In this document: piece by piece, positions 1-14,410 of the stretch
Layout: each line of letters begins with the position of its first letter
How positions within the stretch are numbered: the first letter of the stretch is position 1
Source of the DNA: Eledone cirrhosa
Taxonomy: Eukaryota
Direction of reading: 5' to 3'
Assembly: GCA_964016885.1 (NCBI GenBank)
Contig: OZ024759.1
Coordinates: forward strand, 35,960,001 to 36,024,000
Length of the DNA stretch: 64,000 bases
Made by a program: the position numbers and the translations under genes
Notes under the pieces: generated by a model
The model's input: only the letters and a program-made list of their open reading frames with translations
The model's database searches: none
What the model was told of the DNA's origin: nothing

Positions 1-928
1 ACATAGGTGTGAGCTGTCACACACACACACACATAGGTGTGAACTGTCACGCACACACACACACATAGGTGTGAGCTGTTACACACACACACATACATAG
101 GTGTGAGCTGTCACACACACACACATAGGTGTGAACTGTCACACACACACGCACACACACACACATAGGTGTGAGCTGTAACACACACACGCACACACAC
201 ATAGGTGTGAGCTGTAACACACACACGCACACACTTATACACATATCTGTGTATATCTCTTTATATCTAAAGCCTGTCTCCAACCAGAAGGCTCATCAGG
301 TCGGTGCTTATCCTGGTTTCATGGCGTGAAGTGGCTGAGAGTACAATACTCTCTCCTGGACAGGACACCAGTCCATCACAGGTTAAACCTCCGGCTATTA
401 CTGGTACTCATTTTTAGCTGAGTATTCTAGCGCAACATGAAATAAAGTAATTTGCTCAAGAACACAACACGCAACCCAGCACAGGATTCGAACCCATGAC
501 ATTATGATATCATAAGTCCAACACTGTTACCACTAGGCCACGTGCCTCCACTCATACACATATCTATATATATATAGTGCTGCCCGGTGGCTGAACCCAA
601 GCTGTTTACTGCCGAGTGGATAACTTGTTGAAACAGCTTGAGCTCAACTGTCTGGCACAATCTACAATACATGTAATCTACTATCCCAAGTATTGAGTAC
701 TTAGCTGCACATGGTCTTACTAGTCTAACTGGTGACTCCCAATGTATCTATCTATCTATACACACTCATGTTCACTTCAATCCTATCTAGTCCAACCCAT
801 CCCAGTTTTAGGAGCCCCTCCCTGGCTCACCTCTGGCACTTTCTTTGGTTTGGGCCAACTGCGATATATATGCAGGAATCCATATATAAAATGCCAAGTA
901 AAACAGACTTATCACTTAGCCATTATAA

Positions 929-997
<69 letters not shown>

Positions 998-998
<1 letters not shown>

Positions 999-1162
999 AT
1001 GAAGGAATTGTGGTAGGGAACCAGGTGGACCATAACGCACCAGAGTACTCAATACTTAGGGTAGTAGAGTGGGTAATAGGAAAAGAGTCAGGACCCCGAC
1101 AGCTAGATCTGGACTAACTGTCGAAATGGCCGGAGCTCAGCCGTCGGGGTCCTGACTCTTTT

Positions 1163-1166
<4 letters not shown>
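998..1166. mobile_element. Short (TA)n-inserted partly palindromic repeat, family A (copies 9826-10020, 24338-24552, 34811-34952, 56143-56200)
   Basis: Shared GAAGGAATTGTGGTA..GGACCATAACGCACCAGAGTACTCAATAC..TAGGAAAA..GACGGCAGAGCTCAAGCCGTTTCGAC, with an inverted terminal part; always abuts (TA)n. Confidence 0.7.
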
Positions 1167-1228
<62 letters not shown>

Positions 1229-1300
1229 GTGGAGATAATCTACAAGTTTGTTGTTAATACAGTGTGATGTTGTAATGTTCATGCCTTTTCCTCATTACAG

Positions 1301-3974
1301 CGGTCCTATGTCTTTAAATGGTTTGCTGCCGTAGCCATTGATCTTGGAGCAGAAATCTTGGCAGATGTCATACACATTGTCCTCCCGGCTCTCCATAGAG
1401 AACTTAATAACACAAGAAGAATGCCAGGTGGGTTTTTATCTCGTCTTTCTGACCTCGTTAACCTTTCTATTCCTATATCTCTTACCTTGTTATCTTTGTT
1501 GTTTAGCCCCAGGTCACATCTGATCCAGGAGACCTGTCATTATAGATCTTCCAGCTGTGACCATCTCATCTTTTTATTCCACTAGAGTGTATCTAGGACT
1601 GTTGTTGTTTAGCCCTGAGTCCGGCTTGATCAGCTGACCTTTGAGCAAAGATGTTTCAGTCGTGATCATTGAGTCTTATTTATTATTATTAACATTATTA
1701 GGGTAGTGAATTGCAGAATCGGTAGAGCATTGAAACCATGCTTCGGGGCATATAGTTATGGCCCTTTACATTCTGATTTCAAATCCCGCCGAGGTTAGCT
1801 TTGTATTACAACTTTACGGGATTGATTTAATCAACATGTGGTTAGAATGTCTCAGGAAAGAATCACTGGACAGATTTTATGGGCGATACCAACCAACAGG
1901 AGACACAGGAGTAGATCCTGAGCAAAATGGTTGGATATCATCCATGAGCTTGGGTACGGTTGCTTCTGACTGGACGGAGTGTTTGAAGACTCTGCCCCCC
2001 CCCCCCCCCCCCCTACGGCCGTCTCGGGGAATAAGTGGGCAAAGAAGAAAGGGTATTCCTTTCATTGATCAACTGGAACACTCGTTATTAAACCGTTGAA
2101 GGTCTATCATATAATTGTATTGCTGTATTTCAGATCCTAAATTAAAAGCCCTGACACAAGAAGTGTTGGAACTTCTGAAGAAAACAGTTGGCACCACCGT
2201 CTTCACAGAGAAGTTTGCTCACGCACAGAAAGTAAGAATGGAACGAATTTCTTCACGAAAACAAAGGAAAGCTATTGAGGTGAGTTTACCAATATTTCTT
2301 TTGTCTTTGAATTATATGTATGTATGTGTATGTGGGTGCATATGTTTCTCTGTGTGTGTGTCAGATATTGCTTAGACACATACACACTCTCTATATATAT
2401 ATATACAAGAATATAGACTATTCATTAGCTTGGGAAACAGTTCAAAAGCACCCACGTACTGAAACACAGCTCTATCTAGATTCTGCAAGTTGTGTATTGA
2501 GGAAATTTGTTACTTAAATGTAAAAACTCTATTAATCTAAGAACGAATTTATTTAATTCTTGTAGACATCGCCAGAATTCAACATTCAGAACTATATATA
2601 ACTTATAATTATACTTATAATATTCCTATTAATCTCCATAACAATCTCATCTACTTGGTTTTAATATATTGATATCTCTAAATCATATCTCTAACATTTG
2701 TTGTACTTCCACTTCTTAAAAAATTTTAAATACAAAACCAATATCCCTCATAACTCATTAGAACAATTATCTATAACATGATATACCCATCTATTTATTT
2801 ATCTACTTATAACAGAAGAAAAATATATTATAAACAAATTTTAAACAACTAATAATCGTAAAATATTCATCTTCCCTTTTTCTCTCCTCTCTCTCTCGTC
2901 GTTTTTCAATTATTTACATATTCATTTGCATATTCACCCATAAGTTTGAAAAATCCCTAATACATTTCCACTATCCAGAGAATATCCAACTGATAAGGTA
3001 TGATTCTCCTGGGTATGTCTCTCTATATAAAACAAACTTTGTATTTTATCTGATGAAAGCGTACCAATGTTGTCTTGGTATCCTTGAAATATCATCATCA
3101 TCATCTTCGTTTAACGTCCATCTTCCACGCTAGTATGGGTTAGACGGGAGCTGTCCCACTTGAGGCAAGGTAGGTCGGGTGACCGTCTCTCCCTCATATA
3201 GGACTATCTGGCAGGTTTTCTATGGCTGGATGCCCTTCCTAACACCAACCACGTTTACAGTGTGGACTGGGAGGTTTTTACCGTGTTACCTACACGGCCA
3301 CATTACAGCGTGGAGTTTTTTTTTATATATATATAATAAAATAAATATGGTTTTATAAATATAGTTTCCATTTATTTAATATCATTGTGTATATATATAT
3401 ATATATATATATTTCATTTTCGATTTTTTTTTTTTTGTCTTTACTTGGACCTCCATTTTTCTGTTTCTCCTTTGTGATCCTGTCTCTATTTTGTACTCTT
3501 GAAGAAGGACTTAAGCCCAACACATCCAACTTTCTTTCCTCTTTTCCATATAAAGTGTGAGACTAATAAGACTTTTTATACCTCTGTTGACTCCCTGAAC
3601 TATATATATATATATCCTATTAACTGTCACCACACCAGATATCAAACACTTGTACAGAAATATACACATCATCATCATCATCATCATTTTACATCCGCTT
3701 TTCCCTGCTTACAAGGGTGGGACGGGTCCTATTCAGCACAGCATCTCTCCACTCGTCACGGTCCTTCGTCATCTCCGTGAGTTTCAGCGATCTGAGGTCT
3801 GCTCTCACCACCTCCACCCATGTTTTTCGTGGTCTACCCATCGGTCACCCTCCATGCACATCACATGTCCATACCATCTCAGCCTTCTCTCCTGCACATA
3901 CTATATATATATATATATATATTCCAATTCTGCAGACTGTTAACAGATCACACATGTATGTACACATACACACA

Positions 3975-4016
<42 letters not shown>

Positions 4017-4397
4017 TTAAAGTGTACGATAAACACGAAATGTGTTTACATTGCAACAGACAAAGTTAGCCATTAATGAAATAAACTAATAAAAGTGAAT
4101 ACAATTTGTCTGTCTCGATATAAGTCAACAAAGACAATATTATATTGGCAACAGCCATGATTCCTGGACATATTTAAATTGGCTGTTGCCAATATAATAT
4201 TGTCTTTGTTGACTTATATCGAGACAGACAAATTGTATTCACTTTTATTAGTTTATTTCATTAATAGCTAACTTTGTCTGTTGCAATGTAAACACATTTC
4301 GTGTTTATCGTACACTTTAAATGTATTAACTGCTCGGAAGAGACCCTTCCTGGAGCTTAATTATTGTAAATGACTGAGAGTTTATTCTCAAAATATA

Positions 4398-4446
<49 letters not shown>

Positions 4447-4643
4447 CAACTCTACAGACTGTCACCAGACCAGACATGACACTCACTATATATATTCCAA
4501 TTTTGCAGGCTGTCACCAGGCCAGACATCGCCTACAAGAGAAAGATGAAGCAGAACGTTGTTAAAGTTGCTGCAAAAAAGAGGAAAATTGAGAAGATTCG
4601 AATGATGAAAGTTTTGAAAGGGAGATTTTCAAAAAAGTCTTGA
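1301..4643 (+). CDS. UTP20: Small subunit processome component 20 homolog, last three coding exons (gene starts upstream of window)
   Basis: Exons 1301-1427, 2134-2279, 4509-4643 have AG/GT boundaries and matching phases. They translate RSYVFKWFAAVAIDLG...LHRELNN / DPKLKALTQEVLELLKKTVG...RKQRKAIE / AVTRPDIAYKRKMKQN...AAKKRKIEK...KKS*, which matches the recalled UTP20 C-terminus (VFKFLGAVAMDLG, LSQEIIELLKKLVG, VTNPDIAAKKK). AATAAA at ~4763. Confidence 0.9.
1835..2050 (+). mobile_element. RTE-like LINE 3' fragment, second family (related copy 16580-16790 on -)
   Basis: Shared ..AGCAAAATGGTTGGATATCATCCATGAGCTTGG..GTTGCTTCTGAC..GGAGTGTTTGAAGACTCT..GGAATAAGTGGG between the two loci; decayed R..R.R.KWLD motif. 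Confidence 0.5.
2420..3090 (+). mobile_element. Possible decayed Penelope-like 3' end with truncated hammerhead
   Basis: AT-rich decayed coding-like stretch ending ..TEEKYIINKF (~2810-2840), a pyrimidine tract, then CTGATGA-AAG.GTACCAA...TTGGTAT.CTT-GAAA (3050-3089), cut off by a SINE tail. Confidence 0.4.
4012..4395. mobile_element. (TA)n-inserted palindromic element
   Basis: ~146-bp near-perfect inverted arms 4012-4158 and 4180-4325 plus a one-sided extension; (TA)n on both sides. Confidence 0.65.
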
Positions 4644-5149
4644 CAGAAATGATACAAGGAAGAAGAGACGCCATTGTTGTTATTTTTACAGATGTCTTTT
4701 ATTTTTGTAAATATGTGTATCATGTTGGGTGGGGCGGGAGTATATGGATGTGGGGTAGGGTAAATAAAATCATTCAATCAACCACAGTCAATTGTAAAGT
4801 GTTCTCTTATTTATAACATACCCATGATGGATTTTGTCCTATTTTTATGCATTAGTGTGAGGAGGGAAGTAGTTAATATAGAAAAAGTGGAAGGTATTGT
4901 GAGAGTGAAGGTAGAAGCTGTGACTATTGAGGGAGTGGGAGGTATGAGGAGAGAAACTGATGATATTATAGAGGAAGTGGGAGATGTGAGAGGAGAAACT
5001 GATAAGATTATAGAAGTAGGAGCTAGTTGTTGGTAGGGAGATTGAGTAGAAAACAGCATAAGTGTGTGTGTCTGAAACATATATATATACACCAGGTCTG
5101 AACATAAAATGTGATAGAATAGTAATTTATTTATTTATTCATCTATTGA

Positions 5150-8100
5150 TTAAAAGATGGCTGAGAAAGCTCGTGTTTCTTGATGATGATCCAAAGATGA
5201 ATTCTGACCAGAACAAACTTCCAGAGAACGGCAGGTGTTGCCATAAGTGTTCCCATATTGATATCGCTTTTCTGCAATCAAAAAGAAACAGAATTCCTTA
5301 AAACAATATACAATTTGTATCTAACCCATTAACATTTACATTACTAGAGCGTCAGACACCATTTTTTACAGCATAGAGTTATGCCCTTTGCGTTCCTTAC
5401 AGGGTCGATAAAATAAAGTACCAGTAACGCTCTGGGATAATTCCTGGCCTTGTGCCAAAAGTAAAAACAATTACTCTATATTTACTATCATATTTTTGTG
5501 GTAAAGGCTTTACCTCAAATGATATCAAATCTATGAGATTTTCATATTTATAAATCTCCCTGAGATTATGGCTAAATCCAGAGAAATATGGACGTCATCA
5601 GATTTTAAAAAAAACATTACACCCCCAACAACTACAGTCAGAGTTACGTGATAAGTGAATTACAAGAAAAAAATGATTTTTTTTTTTTTACTGTTAAAAT
5701 GTCTTATCATAAGTCTGACCTGGAATGAAACACTAATAACTAATTTACTTACGTGGTATGTACCCTGTGTAGTAAGGATTCATACCCTCGGTTCTATAAA
5801 TTTCTTGTTTACTTTTGTTTGGTCTGCAAGAGTGAAACAAATCTAAGAATTAGGTAAAGATTTAAACATTCAATAAATTCACAAAGTCCCACCTCATTTT
5901 TTTTTTTTGTTTTGTTTTTCTGCCTGGAGTAAGGGGCTATGTCATTGACAAATAAGATTGATGCCTTTAAGATTATTCCACATAAAATATTGCAAGTCAT
6001 TGACTGCTTGTAAACACACGTGCAGTGATGGGATTCCGTGGAACCGACATTTGAATGTAGTGGTATAACATTTTACAAATTGAGTTACGAAAGAGAGATG
6101 GTATAAGACCAAGAAGCAGAGAAACAGTAAGTTTCTTGCCCAAGAGAGGTTGAAATGTGTTCATGAGCGATTTCGTGCTAATGACTAATGCTTTGTATTG
6201 CTAAATGTTATGAAATATTGTGTTCCAACCTTCTCCTTGGTTGTCAATCAAAGCTGGTATCTTGTGTATGTAAATGATTCAAAACGTTTCGATCTTTCAA
6301 ACTGTTTATCAGACAAATTACGAAACAGTTAAATATCGTTAACTTGTTTAATGTTACTCGTTTATATATATCTGTATGTGGTTGACGGCTGAGAGAAGGA
6401 ATATCCAATACCGAGTTGCAGTTTTAATAATATATATATATTCAATATTATTAAGGCTAAAAAGTGAGTCTGACGAGACACTTTTTAGCGGACAGAATGG
6501 AGAAAATATTGCCCCTGGGGATGGCAATGGACGTTGCAATCTCTCTCTCTCTCTCCTGTGGGTGACCTATAACGCCAGAAGTCTCCACTACTAACAGTTC
6601 TACCACAAACTTATCCAAGAGCGGCTGAGGCTGGGTTAGTTGCCGTATGCACCAAGTTGACACTAGAATTAGTCAATAAGAGTGATCTCCCTTGCCAAGC
6701 ACACACCCCCCCACACACACACACACATACTCAACTTTTTTTATTATTTGTTTTAAAATTTCGTAGAAGAATCGCTTTAGCCATTCCAAAAAATGTAGGG
6801 TGCTCAATACACTGAAACACACTGTAGAGCTAGCCTGGATTACTAAATAGCTTCACACACACTGTAGAGCTAGACAAGGGTGCTAAATACCCAGGTACTT
6901 GCTCAACTCGCAGCACAGCCAGTTAATACTCACGGTGCTAGATTCTGCTCCATGGGAAATTTCCTGTCCCAGAACTTTTTTAAGGCAGTTGAATTGACCG
7001 TATGGTAACGATGTCCAAGTCCAATTTCTGTAGCTTTGATTTTTGGAATATAACCTGTGTAACCAGGAATATGGGCTTCTGTCAAAGAACGGGGAGGCAC
7101 TGAAACAACAACAATAATTAAAAAGATAATAGTAATAATGATGATGTATATATATGGTTTATGGTGATGCGTTGTGCTTTTAAGCAAGACACTTCATTTC
7201 ACGTTGCTCCAATTTACTCAGCTGCGGAAATGAGTTGCGACGTCACTGGTGCCAAGCTGTATCAGCCATTGCCTTTCCCTTGGACAACATCATATAGTGT
7301 ATGTATATATATATTGTATATATAGTGTATATATAATGTATATACAGTGTATATATGAGTTACAACGACACTGGTGCCAAGCTGTATCGACATCTGCATT
7401 CCCCTTGGACAACATCGTTGGAGAAGGGAGACTGGTATGCACGGGAGATTGTTGATCTTCCACAAACACACCTGGCCCAGACTTGTGCCTAGAAGGAGAA
7501 CTCTCTCGGAACGAAACCATGGCCATTAGTGACCGAAGATGTCCTGTATGTGGACATATCTTTGACATTTTTACTCGAGTCGCGAAGATTTTGTGATTTC
7601 TCACTCTTCAAATCTCAACATCATGTTGGATCTCTTACGGTGATCATGAATCTGTACACGGTATAAGACACGTGTATTATCTCTAGCCACCCTATCGTTA
7701 ATTTAATACTGGGGCCGAATTTACATTGGGGTGGTAGGACGGGTTTCAAAAGTTCTTCAGTTTCATTGGGTAAAAAGCAGACCTATCAACCTCTAAAAAC
7801 CCAAACGGGGAGTACTATGAAAAGAAAGTGCCACCAGGCGGGGAGAAATTAGGCAAAATGGGGAGATTTTACATAATGAAAGCTATACCCATTTTCATAA
7901 GAGAAGACATCTCTCACCCACCCCAAAGTGGGTGGGAGATCTCCCCGCTAAACAGGGATAGTTGACAGGTCAGTAAATATATACATATACGATGAACGGA
8001 ACTTACTTGCAGTTTTACTTGAACTATTATATGTGAATTCGCAAAGTTTATTTCTCACTAAGTTTTCTGAAGCAATACTTTTCATCGGAGATCGAAGATT

Positions 8101-8388
8101 TGTTAGATTTTCCATTTCTGCTTTTCTGTGTCTATATGCTTCCTGTTCAGTTTTGAAATCATTCATCGAATTTATCGAGGCTTTTGTGTACGGGTCTCCG
8201 TATGAAAACCTTAATTTCGGTATATACCCTAAAGTTTGAAAGAGATGGGTCGATTACATATATCAATACATACAGAAATATATTTATATATATAGAGAGA
8301 GAGAGAGTATATATTTATATATATACTCTCTCTAGCTCTCTCTCAATATATATATATATATATATATATAGAAAGAGAGAGAGAGAGA

Positions 8389-8448
<60 letters not shown>

Positions 8449-8560
8449 CACACCACATACACTTACATGTATATGTACGTGTTTGTGTGCGTGTTTATAT
8501 ATATATATATTTACATATAACACATACACTTACATATACGAGCTTGTATGTGTGTATGTA

Positions 8561-8595
<35 letters not shown>

Positions 8596-9000
8596 TTACA
8601 TATAACACATACACTTACATATACGAGCTTGTATGTGTGTATGTATGTGTGTGTGTGTGTGTGTGTGTCAGTAATAATAAAATGCGATGGCTAAATTTCC
8701 ATAACTTCTTTTATTACGTAATAAACGAAATGATGAGAATCTAGCCATCGTATAACCCCGTCCTCTCTTGGTCATGTGATACCACATCACAATTGGAAGG
8801 ACATATGACTCATTGGGTGCTTTTTTCTTATTACACCATGATTTGCTTATTGGGACGATACAATCACAGCCCCAGCTACCAATTAGTAAACGCACACACA
8901 CATACACACAAATACATACACACACACACACATATATATATATATGTGTGTATATATATATTTTTGTGTGTGTAAATATATATGTATACATATATATTTA

Positions 9001-9070
<70 letters not shown>

Positions 9071-9779
9071 ATTTCTGTGTATATATATATATATATATGT
9101 AGGAGGTGAGTTTTATTGTAGTACAATAAAGCAATGCAAATATAGGATAAGTAGCACTCTACAGTTTGTAGGACTGGAGTATATATAATATAAAATCAAA
9201 AGATGGTTAAAAGAGTTCCAAGTATTTTATTATGCGCCTTTCAAAAACAAATATCATCATGGGATGATATTTGCGTTTTCATCAGATAAAATAGGGAGAC
9301 ATGATATGAAGCTTAAAAAACACTTGCGAGCAGTGAAGTGTTAAATCTACATATGGAAAATAAAATAAGATGGATATATGAGATTGGGGAAAAAGGAAAG
9401 GAAGGGTGAAGAAAAGGTAAGGAAGAGGAAGAAAAAATATAGATAGAAGAAAAAAAAAATAATAATAAGGAAAGATTTATACTCCTCCTCTGTCATCCTT
9501 TCCTTATTATTATTTTTTTTTTCTTCTATCTATATTTTTTCTTCCTCTTCCTTACCTTTTCTTCACCCTTCCTTTCCTTTTTCCCCAATCTCATATATCC
9601 ATCTTATTTTATTTTCCATATGTAGATTTAACACTTCACTGCTCGCAAGTGTTTTTTAAGCTTCATATCATGTCTCCCTATTTTATCTGATGAGAACGCA
9701 AATATCATCCCATGATGATATTTGTTTTTGAAATGCGCATAATAAAATTCTTGGAACTCTTTTAACCATCTTTTGATTT

Positions 9780-9828
<49 letters not shown>

Positions 9829-10017
9829 GAAGGAATTGTGGTAAGGAACCAGATGGACCATAACGCACCAGAGTACTCAATACTTAGGGTAGTAGAGTGG
9901 GTAATAGGAAAAGGTACGATCCCGACGGCAGAGCTCAAGCCGTTTCGACGGCTATTTCTGGACCTAGAAATAGCCGTTGAACGGCTTGAGCTCTGCCGTC
10001 GGGATCATACCTTTTCC

Positions 10018-10073
<56 letters not shown>

Positions 10074-13000
10074 TACATATATGTATTTGTGTGTGTATAT
10101 ATATGTATTTATATATATTTGTGTGTATATATATGAATATATATATATATTTATATGTGTATATATATATATAAATATGTGTGTGCATGTGTGTGTAATC
10201 TGAGAGAGTGTGAGTGAGTGAGAAAGAACACCTAGCAACATACCTGTGTATCCAGGTATAAAGTGAAATTTGACAGTGTCCTCACTATAGTCCTTCATAT
10301 GTGTAATCCCACTAATGAGGTCAAAGTTGAACTGATCAAATGTCATTTTAGATTGTGACCTCATAAAACTGGATTTACCTTGTGGTACTTCACTCACCTG
10401 GATAAGGTAAAAATATAGAAAGAATTTATATAAGAATTAATTAGTTTAATCCTTCCATATCCCTTCTCATAGATATATTTCCAGGTAGACATGTCTTGTT
10501 AAGGTCCCTAAACTGAAACAGAACAATAAAAACACCTGGAAACTAAGTTCTTGTAATATACTGAACCCTAGTAATTTTCTGTCTTACCTTTCCATACGTG
10601 TCCCCTATTCTGTACTTCAGTTGTGGGACATAACCATGGCATCTGTGAAATATTAAAATAATAATAATAATAATAATAATAATGCTTTCTTTATTAACCA
10701 CAAGGGTTGACACAAAGTAAGACATTAAGGACAGTACAGGACGCTACAAGTGGGCATTTCTGCATGTAAAAAAAAAAAACCCCAAAAACCGGATGTAATA
10801 AAAAAAAAACAATGAAAAATTCCCCAATAGGGGGCAGACTTCCGAAGATCTCTCGTGGAGAAAGCCCACAAAAAAGCCATGGTTACCCTGACTGCTAGGG
10901 CAAGTGCTCTCTCCCAGTTTTCCTCCTACGATACTACAGACATACGCTCAGAGCAAGCCCATTCACACGGGCCATTCTTGCCTCTCTCACCCACCTTTCA
11001 ACAAACTGGCTGGAGGTCAGCACTTCCCTCTCCACTCTGATTTTCCTTTTCAGGTGAAACCTGAAAAAGTTAATGAGGACGTCACCGAATTGGAAAGTAC
11101 CCGTCTTCAACCCTTTCAGACATGTCCACCATACAATCTCGTTTATCATGGCCTCCAGGCAGTTAAAAACTGCCTGCCCTTCTCGGCTAAAAGAAGGCAG
11201 CGGGGCAATTCTCACGATGGACTCAGCTGATAGCTGGATCCGTTCTACACGTGACAGCAGGTGTTCGACATAAACCCACAAGTCAGCAATGCTCGGACAC
11301 TGGACGAGTGCATGCAGGACAGTTTCATCGCCCTGCGTGCATCTCGGACAGGTCTGGCTGACGACACTTCCATGCCTGTAGAGTTTATCCCAAACTGGCA
11401 AGGCTCCTCGGTAGCACTGCCAGGCCAGGGATTTCTGGAAGTTGTCCATGGGCCCTGGCCCGAAAGTTCTCCCGAAGACATTGGCTAGTTGGTTTTCGTC
11501 GAAGCACAAGGCCATCAATTTTGGGGGATGGGAAAGTTGATTAAATCAACCCTAGTGTATTACTGGAGCTTTATTTTATCGATCCCGTAAGGATGAAAGG
11601 CAAAGCTAACCATAGTGGGACTTGAACTCGGAACAACTGAGGAGATGGGACTGTCTGTCTTTCCATTGTCTTTGTCCTGTGGACCCCTAATTTGAATATA
11701 TATATATATATATGTTTAATATAGAGAGGCTTCTACACGACTAGAACTGTTTCATTCGGGAGAATATATATGTTTGTGCATAGAACAAAGAAAAAAAACA
11801 GAAGTCAGACGTAGGTAGTTTGTTAGTTCATTGTTTTACGATCGTTTCAGAGGGTCAATTGATTGTGGAAGATCAATATATCGACTAGCATGGTAGTGGT
11901 TAAGCTCCTAACTATTCCTAGTCTCGAAATTCCTGTTCAATCAGCCATTTTCTTCAGAAACACTAAATTATGATTTTATTTACTACATATATCTTTTTAT
12001 TTTCTTCCTAGAGATAGCAACATGAATGAACCTGTTATTTTTCTCTAAAACTTTGTTTTCCTATTCCACCCAGCCAGTCTCTTCAGTCTTTCTAATTCCT
12101 CATTCTTTCTTCTGATGAAGGACTAGCATCTGAAACATTAAGACGCTCATCCTACTATTTCAAGTATTAAACTAATATATTCCATCCATATACTGTACCG
12201 TTTCTGTTGTTATTTCTGTTTACCTTTTACATATATATATATATACACACACACACATATATATATATATATATTAAAGTTGGTACTACAACATCCAGTC
12301 CAAATTAATGAGATAATGAGATCGAGATCGTGTAGGTGTCACAACAAAAAAAACACACAGTCCACGCTGTAATGTGGCCGTGTAGGTAACACGGTAAAAA
12401 GTTCCCAGTCCACACTGTAAATGTGGTTGGTGTTAGGAAGGGCATCCAGCCGTAGAAAACCTGCCAGATAGTCCTATACGAGTGAGACATGGTCACCCGA
12501 CCAATCTTGCCTCAAATTGGGACAACTCCCGTCTAACCCATGCTAGCGTGGAAGATAGATGTTAAACGATGATGATGATGATATATAATAAAGATATAAA
12601 GATTTAATTATCATTAAAACAACAGAGAAACCCCCTAAAAGATACAAACTCAGTGGTAAGCCAACTAACTAAACTTACATTTCTTTCTCCCATATCAATC
12701 GCTGCAGGGGAGAGATAATATTTAACAGGATTACATATAAGAGTGTAAGGAGTACAATACTAAATAATGTTAAGTAATGTTTAATCCAACAGTCTATTAA
12801 GATTTGATGTAATAATTTAGTATGTCTACCATTCCATTAGCTTCTCAGGCACTAGCTAGGAACATTGCCAAAGTTGACATGTTTCTACCTGTTTTAGTAT
12901 ACTTTCTTATATACATTTATATATATATACGTACTCTTTATATATATACTCTTTATATACTGCTATATTTATATGTGTGTGTGTACACACACACACATAT

Positions 13001-13258
13001 ATATATATATTTTGAGTATATGTTGGTTGTTTACCGACACTTTATAATAAACGAAGCCAAATTTTATATGTTTGACATATATATATATATGTGTGTGTGT
13101 GTGTCTTATGAGTGCCAGGCATTTCCTGCTATTGACACACGACTGATTTATTATATTATGTGGAGATGGTGGTGTAGTGGAGGTGGTGGTGTTGTATGAA
13201 GTAGATTTATTACTGAAAACTGTTTAACAATTCCTCAAACATTGTACTGTTGGTACAT

Positions 13259-13307
<49 letters not shown>

Positions 13308-13888
13308 AATGGCTTCTACATGACTAGAACTGTTTCATTTGGAGGAAATCCTCAAACTTCTAGTCTTGTAGAAGCCATTTCTTTAGCAAACTTGGTGTTT
13401 ACACTCTACTAATGTATTGAGTACCTTATTTACTGTAGCTACCCCCAATTGAACCTGGAACTCACACACACACACATACACACACACATACACACACATA
13501 TATATATATATATAGTAATAATAATAAATTTGAAGACTAAAATCCAAAGAGGGATCAAATATATAAGAACCGTAGAGCAAATATTTATTAAAATAACAGA
13601 TAAAGTTTAAGCAAAGAATCGCTGCTTTCACCCTTAACGGGATCTTATATATATATAAACGTTTGGAGTTAGAAGGCCAATATATATATATATATATAAG
13701 GAGAGAGAGATGTAAAATCTGGACTGAAGCACCAAATGGTGTAAAAGACAGACAAGCCGAAACTGCTTGGTGCTGCATCCGGGGTTTTACATATTACTAT
13801 ACCTACTCTGCATCTCCCCATGTATTGAGTACTCCCATTATTACTGGCCTCTTCAGTCTCTATTTATATATATGTATATATATATATG

Positions 13889-13946
<58 letters not shown>

Positions 13947-13963
13947 TATATGTATATATATAT

Positions 13964-13995
<32 letters not shown>

Positions 13996-14371
13996 GACCA
14001 TATATGTTATGAGATACACAGTATATTGTGTATATATATATATACAAAGCACATATTTCAAGGAAAAATATGCACTTTCCATCTAGAATACATATTTTCC
14101 CTTGATTTGAATCATTATTGCTCTGGACAAACGCCCATAGAGCTTTTCTACTGAGAAGCACAAATATCAAACATAATTGATATATTTTGATACTTTAAAT
14201 TTGTATATATATATAAATATATATTTATATGGCAAGTAAGTATGTTTTGAAACAGTGAGCAGGTTTGAAATTAGATAATATATAGCTTTCACCGTATTTT
14301 TGACTAAAGGAATTTTAGCCTGATAATGGGGTTTAGAACCCTCAGATAAATGGAAAAAGCTGAGTATTGAC

Positions 14372-14410
<39 letters not shown>

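Larger units (their letters stand above)
9100..9790. mobile_element. (TA)n-inserted inverted-repeat element with two hammerheads
   Basis: ~293-bp near-perfect arms 9181-9473 and 9498-9790, short spacer, (TA)n flanks. Confidence 0.7.

Noticed and set aside
6930-6933. Apparent stop codon ending the FAM166-like gene
   Set aside because: The TGA lies within a GTGAGT donor; two more in-phase exons with family motifs follow (5753-5823, 5150-5271).
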